A DNA stretch of 64,000 bases, taken from Eledone cirrhosa. Its lineage: Eukaryota. The stretch's first letter is position 1. Each line of letters opens with the position of its first letter. The stretch spans positions 28,458,001 through 28,522,000 of the forward strand of contig OZ024754.1 of assembly GCA_964016885.1 (NCBI GenBank), read 5' to 3'. This document shows, in pieces, positions 13,368-26,400 of this stretch. The notes under the pieces were generated by a model, which was given only the letters and a program-made list of their open reading frames with translations, ran no database searches and had not been told where the DNA came from. Position numbers and translations under genes: made by a program.

Positions 13368-15796
13368 TTAACTGCTCGGAAATGCCCCTTTCTTGGAGCT
13401 GATTTATTGTAAACGACTGAGAGTTTATTCTCAAAATATAATATAGTATATATATATATATATGTTTTGATTTCAAAATTAAGCTGTGTAGGTTACAATG
13501 ATATATATATATATATGTATATATATCAGAAAGGGTGTGGTATGAATGAATATATATCATTTAATAAAATCCATATGCAGGGCTTACTCCATTTCATTTA
13601 GTCTGCAAGCTTACCGGATTTGAATTTATGTGTGTGAGTTGAAACAACAATCCATTATAACTGTGGTGCCCCTCTCATTATAATACCAGAGAAACCACCT
13701 AGGTTAGCTAAACCTGCATAAGTATGAACTGTAAATTTAATTTTTATTTTCATATTGTAAATATGGTAAAACTATAAGTATTAAGGCTTGAACTCACAAC
13801 ATGTAGAATCATTTAGAATCATCAGTATTAATAAAGTATTCTGCTCCTTTTTCCTCTTCCTTAAATTAGAAAGCAATCTGTTATATGACATTGTGTTAAT
13901 TACTTCTATAAATCACATATTTCTATTAATATGTTGTCTATTGTAATATTCTCATAAAATACGGCTTCTACTACTTTTAACGAATCAAGAAGTTGAGATT
14001 AAATTTCAAAATTCCGTTTAAATTAGAAATTCCATTTGTGAGAAGAGAGACACATTTGGAAATGAATTATTAGATTCTAAATAGTTTGGTTTTAATGTAC
14101 CATTGTTTTTTTAAAACTGAAAATTGAAATCGAATCCTAACCATAAATTAAGATTTTCTACTTGGGAAATGAACCCTTTCCTGCTAGTCTTAGCTTTTTT
14201 TTTTTCATATTAAGTTCATCAGAATATTGTATATTGTATTTCAAGAACATAAGAGCCTTCAGTATCATATACTTAAATTTCAATGGCTATTATTGGTATT
14301 TCGTGAATTATTGGTCATGGTGTCACACAATCTTCAATATAATACATTTTATATTTCTCCAACTGTGAAACATATCTTATTAAGCTGTTTCCTCATATAT
14401 CATCAAACCCCTTCGTGTTTCAATTATGGGAAAATGGATGTAAAAATGATGAATCAAGAATTTGGAGGGATTTTGTTCACTAAAGGCAGTGAGTTGGCAG
14501 AGTAATTAGGGTGTTGGGTTAAATGATTTGGTATTTTTTTTTTTTTTTTGGTTCACTACACTGTGAGTTCAAATCTTGTTGAGATCAACTTTTAGGGTGG
14601 ATATATTGGAACAGCATCCAGCTTTAGAAAACTTGCCAAACAAAGGGTTGAGAGGATCCTTCAGTTGTGTCAAAGACATGACAACGCCTCCAGTTCAATC
14701 AATAGAATGTAAGATACAGTCCCACTCCCGCCTATCTGGGAGGTCAGTAGGCTCACTTCAGTACTGATGTGATTTCTGTAGACACAACCTTACATATAAT
14801 ATATCATACATTATATCATATATTGCACATTAATACACGGCAGACATGGGCTCCATAAGCTGTAGTGAAGACAACCCATCTAAGAGAGTAGACACTCCAA
14901 ATAAGAACTGATATAGGGTGGAGAGGACTCTTGAGTCAAGTAAGGCAACCTCTCTAGTGCCGGTGGCATTAATAATGCACCCAGTCCACACCGTAAAGTG
15001 ACATGGAGGGCATTCAACCAGAAACAACCCTGCCAAAAATATGGAAAGCATGAAAAATATGATGATTATATAAGGAAAACATATTTCCTCACAAACCTTT
15101 TCTTAAATATGAATTATAGACTGGCATTTATGATTGTTTAAAAACATGTTTTGATATTTTATGTTGCATAAATTAAACATTTAAATGATAAATGATTCTT
15201 AAAACTGCAGTTGTTCATTGAACAACATATGTAAATATGAAGTACATGATGTAAATATGATGGTGATGATGAATAAGAAATAGAAATATATTCCACACTC
15301 CATGTACATACACATGTATCCACTCATGCAGAAAATAATAAACTACTTGTATATAAATAATTTTTCTTCTTCTCTCCCTCTCATACACACATATATAAAT
15401 GAAAGGGGAAATGGACATTAAATGGTCATTGTCATTTAATGGGCAGGAGAATGATATATATATGTATGTATGTATGTATATATGTATATGTATGTATATA
15501 TATGTATATATCATCATCATCATCATCACCGTTTTACGTCCGTTCTTCCACGCTAGCATGGGTTAGACGGGCTGTCCTGTTTTGGGCAGTAGCCAGTTGG
15601 CTGACCATGTCTTGCTCATACAGGAACTGATTCTGGCTTGATTTCTACAGCTGGATGCCCTTCCTAACACCAACCTCATTTACAGTGAGTGTTGGGCGCT
15701 TTTTTCCGTGGCGATTACACATCCACTTTACAGTGTGGGCTGGATGCTTTTTTGCCATGGCACCTCCACGACCACTTTGCAGTGGGAGTGGGTGGG

Positions 15797-15838
<42 letters not shown>

Positions 15839-15984
15839 TAACAGGTTAAAGTTTAAGCAAAGAATCGCTGCTTTCACTCTTAACTGGATCTTCTGAAACT
15901 ATGGTTTTATATATTTTCATATATATTATCCTTATTGAGCCCTCTTGAGATTTTAGTCTTCACATTTATTATTATTATTATTAT

Positions 15985-16025
<41 letters not shown>

Positions 16026-17457
16026 CACACACACACATTATTTCTAAATATTAAGCTTCATATTTTCCTAAGTAAAACAAAGGATATGAGAGGAAGACTT
16101 CAATTTTCCTGTCATCAATTTCTGGAGTCAGAAGATACTTGAGAGTTTAACTGTTACTAATAAAGTATTGCTCCCAAATACTAGGCTTCATACACATCAT
16201 GTAGTCCTTTTGAAATAGTGTTCCACTGCTGGATTCTTAATGTCAACTCTTTTATTCACCTCTTACAATAATCAGGGATTTGTTGTACTTATTCTAAACC
16301 AGACACACAGTATTTACTTCCTTTAACATCAATTTTTTGTGGGCTAGCGAAGGTTGGATGGCTCATCACAGACAAATTCGGTGTTTATTCTTTGCTATTA
16401 TTCTCTCAGACAGGCCAGTGGCCTTCATCTCACTTATGTTTTTACACTCTACAGCGTGCACTGGGTGCATTTTATTATGGCGCTAGCACTAGGGAATTTG
16501 TCTTGTATTTGATATAACTAAAGAGGCCTGTTGACCCTTTGTAGAACAAGTTTTCTGTGGTTGATTATCCTTATCATTAATAACCTTACTGGGTGAGTTT
16601 TTGGCACTAGCACAAAGGTGACTGTCAGTTAATGACACAACTAAAGAGCCCTTCTACCCTATGGAAGTGACATGGCGTAGGGGGCATGGGATGAGGGAAG
16701 TAGAAAGGATAAATATTTCATGGGTTACAATAGGTGGGGTGGGGGATGCCAAGTATAATGTATAGGTGCATGACATTATACTGTTTGTATGGAGAGAATA
16801 GGTGAGAATGTATGTCATGGGTTATGACAAGTAGGACAGAATTTGACAGGGAAGAGAGAGAGGTGAGGGGCTGGAGAATTTCAGATAAGAATGTGCAGTA
16901 CTAAGATGATGCAAGCAGCTTCTAAGATGTTATCAGTTGTATGTTAGAGCTTGTCCCAGATAATGGTGCTGGGAGGGTTTTGGGTAGTGGTGCAATCAAG
17001 TCACATTTTTTATGCTAGGAGGTGAGTCTTCTCCTGTGACACCAATCGTCATGCTCCTTTGTCATCCCAATCATGAGATTCAGATTCCTGATGTCGGTCT
17101 TCACTCTTTCATCTCATGGCTTCCTAGATGTACATCAAATCCCTGTGTCATAAGAGACAAGTAAAAGAAATGGTATCCAACTGTAAAACATTGACTCAGA
17201 AAGTACTCCATGTTGAATATGAAGTTTGTCAAGGGGCTCACAGGACTAACCCCTGATTTAGCAAATGATATGGCTTTAAAATCTTGCTATTGCATGTGCT
17301 TGTCCATATATGTATCACTTTAATTCACTGAGATTGCAGGGACCTCCAGAAGTTGGCTGATGAGAAGGGACTGCCCTATGTTTCATCAGTTTTACCATTG
17401 TTTTCGTCGACCTTTTTTTGAATTAATATCTTGGTATTTTAACTGTGTGGAAGATTT

Positions 17458-17492
<35 letters not shown>

Positions 17493-17737
17493 TTCCACAG
17501 CAGTTACTAAACCATTTTCGAGGACTCGCGTTTCACCTTGTGGATTTTCAACTTGAGTAATGGTTTATAGCCGAAAAACGGAACTATAAGCCATTACTCG
17601 TGTTGAAAATCTGTAAGATGAAACGCACGTCCTCGGAAATGGTTTACTAACTGCTGTGGAACTAACTGCTACCAAACTCATCCCATGGACTGAGTGTTCT
17701 ACTTACTACGGATATAACCTCCCAGTCTTCTACCACA
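17493..17737 (+). mobile_element. Penelope-like pLTR remnant, inverted, with two degenerate hammerheads
   Basis: Arms at 17493-17570 and 17584-17661 contain TTGAAAA...GAAACGC.CGTC motifs. The tail matches the reverse complement of 34690-34775. Confidence 0.7.
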
Positions 17738-18423
17738 ATATATATATATAGCATTTACATAACATTTGTATACAGTTATAATTGCTGAATATGTGCATGT
17801 AGGTATAAAATATATGCACATGAATTATATATTAAATTGATAGTAATTTTAACTGGCTCTGAAGCTTCCGCAAGTAATAACAGTGTAGATGCATGCTTAA
17901 AAGTTTAAACAACTATACAATGCTATTAACTAGATCAAATCAATATTTTTGAAAAGTTCACATCAAAATAGCCACTCATCTGGAAACTGAAATAAATGTT
18001 TCGTTTCTTTTTTTTCCTCTTTTTCAAAGTTTTATATTTTCCTATATAAACTAACTTTGGAGATTTGGTTTATTTTTCTTTAGTTATCTAAGATTTGAAG
18101 ATTTTTCTCTTAGCTAGTCCTCTTCTGACTTCTGATTTCTTGCTTGAGAAAATACACTGATATTTTTTTTATCTTCTTCCTCTTGGCTAATGTTTTATAG
18201 TGTATATATATTGTTTATGTCATGTTGTATACATACTATATGTCATGTTATGTATATATTGTATATATTGAATTCAAGATTAGGTATTGTTTTCCGCTTA
18301 AGTCCTTTCAAGTTTATCTTACTGACAACTGTATAGGTTAGAGATTTATACACACATGCACACACATATTTATATATACACACACATATATAAACATCTA
18401 CATATACACAATTATTTGTATGT

Positions 18424-18490
<67 letters not shown>

Positions 18491-19812
18491 AACATTTATT
18501 TCTATATACAAATACACAAACATATATATATAAACAAAAAAATATATAAATTTATGATCTTCAATTGTTTAAGAAATATTTCTGTATGATATTTTTCCTC
18601 TTTTTATTTCTGGTTTTAGGTTTAGATATATTGCCAGCTATAATGCTGAAAAGTTTTATCAATTTTAAAAGTTATATCTTTTAAACTGCCCCAGGTTTTA
18701 TGATACAAAACTGTTTGGATCTAAAAGCTGTTCATCATAATTATATCTAAGAACCTTTGTTATTTTCTTAAGTTCTTCAATATTTTCAAAATTATTCGAA
18801 CATCTTAGGTACTGTCATTCATTACAACTCTGGTGATAAATAATTAAAATGTTTATATTTATCTAAAAAGCTTTCATCGTAATTTCATTGAAGAATCCTT
18901 AGGTCCCAGGCACTGGTTTAATGATATAAACGTTAGTTATATGATTAAATTATTCTAAAATCTTGATTGCTTTCAGAATTATTTCAAAATCATAGTGTAT
19001 TTCATTAGAGATGTGGTTTCAGGGAGATTTGGTTTCTAGTTTTTGGTTGCAGGTAGGATAATCACGTAGAGTCTCCTTTGTTTAGTGTATAACCCTTTCA
19101 ACCAGCTGTATCCAGCCAGAATTCCTTCACCTCTTTCTGTTCAAACTGGCTGTAACCGGCTGCTCATACGGATATTAAGGTATTGTTCTCAAAATAAATA
19201 GCATTGATTCGATATTATGTGAGATAAAGCCTTTACCATGAAAATGTAATAGTAAATATAAAGTATTGTAAATGCTAAAGAGATAAAGGAGTTTAGTCTG
19301 TTGTTATGAACTCCTCCCAAAAAGTTACAGAAAATCAAAAGAAAATAGACTAATGTTGTATTATTGATGAAAATCTTGTCACTGAGATGGATACCTAGAC
19401 AGTGTATTGTCAAATTCTGATGAAGAGAAAAAAAAAAAATGTTTACACTTAAGAATAATAATTATTTGCTATTGAAAGTTTTTCTAAAGCTAAATCATTT
19501 TATTGATCTTCATTGATCTACTTCCATTTGGCTGTATTTCATTTTAGTCTAAAATTTCTATAAAAACTGTTTGTATTAGTAATGCTGGATGGTGTTGTGT
19601 ATCTACATTTTGTTTCATTTCAATTTTGTCAGCTATTTGTGGAAATATAAAAATTAAGTACATTTATTACTGCATTTATTACTACATTTATTACTACGGT
19701 AAAAAGCAGAAGAGAATAGAACGAAAAAATTCAATGAAATAATTGTTGATCTAGATATGTATGTGTATGCATCTATATGTGTATATGTGTGTGTGTGTGT
19801 GTGTGTATATAT

Positions 19813-20151
19813 ATCATTCATCATTTCATTTTACGTCCGCTTTTCCCTGCTTGCAAGGGTGGGACGGGAACTGATTCTGGCTTTATTTCTACAGTTGGAT
19901 GCCCTTCCTAACACCAACCTCATTTACAGTGAGTGCTGGGTGCTTTTTTGCCTTGGCGCCTCCACGACCAGTTTGCAGTGGAATGATATGGACTCCAGTC
20001 CCTATCATCTCATTTCTACAGCTGAGTAAACTGGAGCAATGTGAAATAAAGTGTCTTGCTCAAGGAAACAACACATCACCCGGTCTGAGAATTGAACTCA
20101 TAACCTTTCGATTGCAAGGCCAATGCTCTAACCACTAAGCCATGTGCCTCC
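19813..20151 (-). mobile_element. tRNA-derived SINE family 1
   Basis: Near-identical reverse complement of 38658-38999, with tRNA head, CORE-like block and RTE tail. Confidence 0.9.
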
Positions 20152-20191
20152 ATATATATATATATATATGTTATATATATATATATATATA

Positions 20192-21365
20192 TAACTAAGA
20201 ACATAGATTTTACATGTGGCCATAAGTAGCAGCAAGTGCCCAAGAAATACTAGCTCTTTCAATTGCGCAGAGGGTTCTATAGAAATAGTGGACAGCTTCC
20301 GTTACCTAGGTGACAAAATTAGCAGTGGGGGAGGGTGCTCTGAAAGTACAGTAGCTAGAGTCAGAACTGGATGGAAAAAGTTCAGAGAGCTTATACCACT
20401 ATTAGCCGCTAAAGGGTTCTCCCTAAAAATGAAAGGCAGGTTGTACGATGCCTGCATACGAACAGCAATGCTGCATGGCAGTGAGACCTGGGCATTGTGT
20501 GCAGAGGATATACGCAGACTAGAGAGGAATGAAGCTTGCATGCTCCGCTGGATGTGCAATAGTAATATACGTGAACGGCTAAGCATAAACGAACTAAGGA
20601 AAAAATTAGAAATAAGAGGGATCAGATGTTGTTTACTCGAGAGAAGGCTACGTTGGTATGGTCACGTGATGCGCATGAAAGACGACAGCTGTATAACAAA
20701 GTGCAGGGCAATAAAGATAGACGGTAGCCACGGAGTAGGCAGACCCAGAAAAACCTGGGACGACATGATAAATTCCGACCTCACACACTTACACCTCTCC
20801 AAGACAATGTCACTGGACCGAGACCTTTGGCGGTACTCAGTAATAGAGAAGACCCGCCTTACCTAAATACAAAGTAAAACCTACTACAGTCAGTAGGCAT
20901 CTCTATCAAAACATACCCCGTCCCACCACCCCCACCTCATTCACACCGCCCCTTTCAATGTAAAGTTATGTTGGTCCCACAACATCCAGGCCGAAACAAA
21001 TGAGATCGTGTAGGTGTCACGACAAAAAAACACACAGTCCACGCTGTAAATGTGGCCGTGTAGGCAACACGGTAAAAACCTCCCAGCCCCACACTGTAAA
21101 TGTGGTTGGTGTTAGGAAGGGCATCCAGCTGTAGAAAACCCACCAGACAGTCCACGCTGTAATGTGGCCGTGTAGGCAACACGGTAAAAACCTCCCAGCC
21201 CCACACTGTAAATGTGGTTGGTGTTAGGAAGGGCATCCAGCTGTAGAAAACCCGCCAGACAGTCCTATGCGAGCAAGACAACCACTCTTGCATCAAGTGG
21301 GAAAACCCCCGTCCAAACCCATGCAAGCGTGGAACACGGACGCTAAACCTTGATGATGATGATGA
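20192..21365 (+). mobile_element. RTE LINE family A, 5'-truncated
   Basis: ORF 20216-20866 is nearly identical to the C-terminus of 32307-34298. The 3'UTR has an internal duplication and a (GAT)n tail, and both flanks are (TA)n. Confidence 0.95.
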
Positions 21366-21381
21366 AGTTTATATATGTATG

Positions 21382-21438
<57 letters not shown>

Positions 21439-21478
21439 TTATATATGTATGTTTATATATATATATATATATATATAT

Positions 21479-23300
21479 AACGGTCCACAGAATCAAAGGC
21501 CTTCCTAAAGTCAATGAAAACTATGACCGCAGGAAGGCACTTTGCTCTAGCTGCCTCTAATATCCTGCTCAGCATCAGGATGAGACTGGTGGTTGATCTA
21601 CCCTCTCTGAAGCCGTTCTGGTTGTCCCTGAGCTTCTTCTCCATCTCAGGCTGGATCCTGTTAAGAATCATCCTGTTGAGGGTCTTTGCCACAAGTGACG
21701 TCAGTGAGATCCCCCTGTAGTTGTTGGTGTTAGAGAGATCTTACTTCTTTGACACTGGGACGATGTTACTGATCCTCCACTGATTCGGGGCAACTCTTTT
21801 CTCCAGTGCGCCGTTACAGAACCCCAGGATGATATCATCAAAATCACACCTCTTCATCACCTCTGATGCCACTCCATCTTCTCCATGAGCCTTGCCCTCC
21901 TTGATCCTCTTCTTGGCTCTCTGAAGCTCCTCTCTGGTGAAGGGCTCTGTCTCAACATCCAGTTCCTCAAACAGCCGCCTGATCTCCCCAGTGCTCTGGG
22001 CTGTGGAGGGTGGCTCTCCTAGTAGGGTCCTAAAATGGTCTAGCCATTTCCTCTTCCTATCCTCGGGCCCCGTTCCCTGGATCTGACTCGAACACTGTGA
22101 TCTCGTTACTCCCTGTGATCTCGTTACATTCTCCTTACATTTAGATCTGTCACAGCTCTCCTTACATTCAGATCTGTCACAGCTCTCCTTACATTCAGAT
22201 CTGTCAACCGCTCTCTCCACACTTCTGATCTTCTCTATCAGTGCCTCCTCTCTGACCTCAGTGTAAGTGGTACAGAGCTCTTCCCTCATCACCTCCACAG
22301 TCTCCATCCTCTCCTCCGTAGGATCAGCATAGAATTGGTCCCTGGCAGCTTTCAGGTGTTCTCTGGCTGCACACACTTTTGGGTTTGCAGAGCTGACGTG
22401 TTTCCCTTTGTTCTTTTTGACTATTGTATGCGCCTTGCACTGGAGAAACACCAGGACTCTGGCTTTACTGTAGCACCGGCTCAGAGCAGGAGAGTTAGGG
22501 CGAAAAAGGTATCGGATGCTGAATTTGCCGACGACATAGTTTTGGTGACAAATACAGTGAAGGAGGCAGAGGATTTGATGCGGGAGGTTGAGACTGTGTC
22601 GATGAGTGTGGGGCTGAGAATGAATGAGACTAAAACAAAATATCTGGTAGAGAATGTTGAGAAGCCAGAGGGGATCACTAATGTAGGCGGGAAGCCGCTG
22701 GAATTGGTTGAGGACTTCCTGTATTTGGGAGCAAAGATTGGGAATACGGAAGATGATGTGGTTGAGAGGAAGAGCAAGGCCTGGGCGGCGTGCCACAGCT
22801 TGAGATCGGTGTGGAAGTCGGACCTTCGTAGAGACCTGAAAATCCGCCTCTTCATTGTTGTAGTGGAGTCTGTGCTGCTGTATCGGTCTGAGACTTGGAC
22901 ACTGACCAAGAAACTCACTCAGATGGTGGATGGGTGCTACATGAGAATGCTGAGGATGGCTCTGAACATTAATCAGTATACACTGAGGATGAAAAACTCA
23001 GAGCTGTATGGGAGCATCCCAAAAGTCAGCTCAAAAGTGACACAGAGGAGACTGAGGTTAGCTGGACATGCTCACCGACATCCAGAGTTGACATTGCACT
23101 CAGTGCTGCTGTGGGAGCCCCTACATGGACACACTAGAAGAGGAAGACCAAGGTTAACGTATGTTGATGCCCAAAGGACAGACACTGGTCTGTTGGAGAC
23201 GCAGAACATGGCAGTGATAATGAGGGACAGAGACCGCCGGAGAGAACTCGTCCATGGATCTCGGGAATTTTACCCGCCTTAGATAGATGGATAGATATAT
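21479..23300 (+). mobile_element. RTE-like LINE family C with inverted 5' segment
   Basis: The minus strand of 21479-22406 encodes the linker and RT N-part (QNGFREGRST, FIDFRKAFDSVDR). The plus strand of 22407-23282 encodes FADD...FLYLG...LAGH...GRPR. A (GATA)-like tail follows and both flanks are TA. Confidence 0.9.
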
Positions 23301-23469
23301 ATATATAATTATGTAATAAACAACAATATAATTATTCCATTACCCAAGGTTTGGAGTCAGAAGATTCTAACTATATTGTGTTGTTTATCACATAATTAAA
23401 TAGCTCTGTATTATAAATAGAGCACTCTTCTTTCTTTTACCTTTTCCATGGAAATACTTAATATACACA

Positions 23470-26400
23470 TCAAGGTAACACTGTTTCTCTACACTGGTCA
23501 GGGTAACACTGTTTCTCTACACTGGTCAGGGTAACACTGTTTCTCTACACTGATCAAGGTAACACTGTTTCTCTACACTGGTCAAGGTAACACTGTTTCT
23601 CTACACTGGTCAGGGTAACACTGTTTCTCTACACTGATCAAGGTAACACTGTTTCTCTACACTGATCAAGGTAACACTGTTTCTCTACACTGGTCAGGGT
23701 AACACTGTTTCTCTACACTGGTCAGGGTAACACTGTTTCTCTACACTGGTCAGGGTAACACTGTTTCTCTACACTGGTCAGAGTAACACTGTTTCTCTAC
23801 ACTACACTGGTCAAGGTAACACTGTTTCTCTACACTGGTCAGGGTAACACTGTTTCTCTACACTGGTCAGGGTAACACTGTTTCTCTACACTGGTCAGGG
23901 TAACACTGTTTCTCTACACTGGTCAGGGTAACACTGGTCAGGGTAACACTGTTTCTCTACACTGGTCAGAGTAACACTGTTTCTCTACTCTGGTCAGGGT
24001 AACACTGTTTCTCTACACTGGTCAGGGTAACACTGTTTCTCTACACTGGTCAGGGTAACACTGTTTCTCTACACTGATCAAGGTAACACTGTTTCTCTAC
24101 ACTGATCAAGGTAACACTGTTTCTCTACACTGGTCAAGGTAACACTGTTTCTCTACACTGGTCAGGGTAACACTGTTTCTCTACACTGGTCAGGGTAACA
24201 CTGTTTCTCTACACTGGTCAGGGTAACACTGTTTCTCTACACTGGTCAGGGTAACACTGTTTCTCTACACTGATCAAGGTAACACTGTTTCTCTACACTG
24301 GTCAAGGTAACACTGTTTCTCTACACTGGTCAGGGTAACACTGTTTCTCTACACTACACTTATCAAGGTAACACTGTTTCTCTACACTGGTCAGGGTAAC
24401 ACTGTTTCTCTACACTGGTCAGGGTAACACTGTTTCTCTACACTGGTCAGGGTAACACTGTTTCTCTACACTGATCAAGGTAACACTGTTTCTCTACACT
24501 GGTCAGGGTAACACTGTTTCTCTACACTGATCAAGGTAACACTGTTTCTCTACACTGGTCAGGGTAACACTGTTTCTCTACACTGGTCAGGGTAACACTG
24601 TTTCTCTACACTGATCAAGGTAACACTGTTTCTCTACACTGGTCAGGGTAACACTGTTTCTCTACACTGGTCAGGGTAACACTGTTTCTCTACACTACAC
24701 TGATCAAGGTAACACTGTTTCTCTACACTGATCAGGGTAACACTGTTTCTCTACACTACACTGATCAAGGTAACACTGTTTCTCTACACTGGTCAGGGTA
24801 ACACTGTTTCTCTACACTGGTCAGGGTAACACTGTTTCTCTACACTGGTCAGGGTAACACTTTCTCTACACTACACTGATCAAGGTAACACTGTTTCTCT
24901 ACACTGGTCAGGGTAACACTGTTTCTCTACACTGGTCAGGGTAACACTGTTTCTCTACACTACACTGATCAAGGTAACACTGTTTCTCTACACTGGTCAG
25001 GGTAACACTGTTTCTCTACACTGGTCAGGGTAACACTGTTTCTCTACACTGGTCAGGGTAACACTGTTTCTCTACACTGATCAAGGTAACACTGTTTCTC
25101 TACACTGATCAAGGTAACACTGTTTCTCTACACTGGTCAGGGTAACACTGTTTCTCTACACTGGTCAGGGTAACACTGTTTCTCTACACTGATCAAGGTA
25201 ACACTGTTTCTCTACACTGGTCAGGGTAACACTGTTTCTCTACACTGATCAAGGTAACACTGTTTCTCTACACTGATCAAGGTAACACTGTTTCTCTACA
25301 CTGGTCAGGGTAACACTGTTTCTCTACACTGGTCAGGGTAACACTGTTTCTCTACACTGATCAAGGTAACACTGTTTCTCTACACTGGTCAGGGTAACAC
25401 TGTTTCTCTACACTGGTCAAGGTAACACTGTTTCTCTACACTACACTGGTCAAGGTAACACTGTTTCTCTACACTGGTCAGAGTAACACTGTTTCTCTAC
25501 ACTGGTCAGGGTAACACTGTTTCTCTACACTACACTGATCAAGGTAACACTGTTTCTCTACACTGATCAAGGTAACACTGTTTCTCTACACTACACTGAT
25601 CAAGGTAACACTGTTTCTCTACACTGGTCAGAGTAACACTGTTTCTCTACACTGATCAAGGTAACACTGTTTCTCTACACTGGTCAGAGTAACACTGTTT
25701 CTCTACACTGATCAAGGTAACACTGTTTCTCTACACTGGTCAGGGTAACACTGTTTCTCTACACTGATCAAGGTAACACTGTTTCTCTACACTGATCAGG
25801 GTAACACTGTTTCTCTACACTGGTCAGGGTAACACTGTTTCTCTACACTGGTCAGGGTAACACTGTTTCTCTACACTGGTCAGGGTAACACTGTTTCTCT
25901 ACACTGATCAAGGTAACACTGTTTCTCTACACTGGTCAGGGTAACACTGTTTCTCTACACTGGTCAGGGTAACACTGTTTCTCTACACTGATCAAGGTAA
26001 CACTGTTTCTCTACACTGATCAAGGTAACACTGTTTCTCTACACTGATCAAGGTAACACTGTTTCTCTACACTGGTCAGGGTAACACTGTTTCTCTACAC
26101 TGGTCAGGGTAACACTGTTTCTCTACACTGATCAAGGTAACACTGTTTCTCTACACTGGTCAGGGTAACACTGTTTCTCTACACTGGTCAGGGTAACACT
26201 GTTTCTCTACACTGATCAAGGTAACAATGTTTCTCTACACTGGTCAGGGTAACACTGTTTCTCTACACTGGTCAGGGTAACACTGTTTCTCTACACTGAT
26301 CAAGGTAACACTGTTTCTCTACACTGGTCAGGGTAACACTGTTTCTCTACACTGGTCAGGGTAACACTGTTTCTCTACACTGATCAAGGTAACACTGTTT

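Noticed and set aside
17357-17390. CTGATGA...TCATCAG motif
   Set aside because: It is a simple hairpin with no GAAA or stem III.
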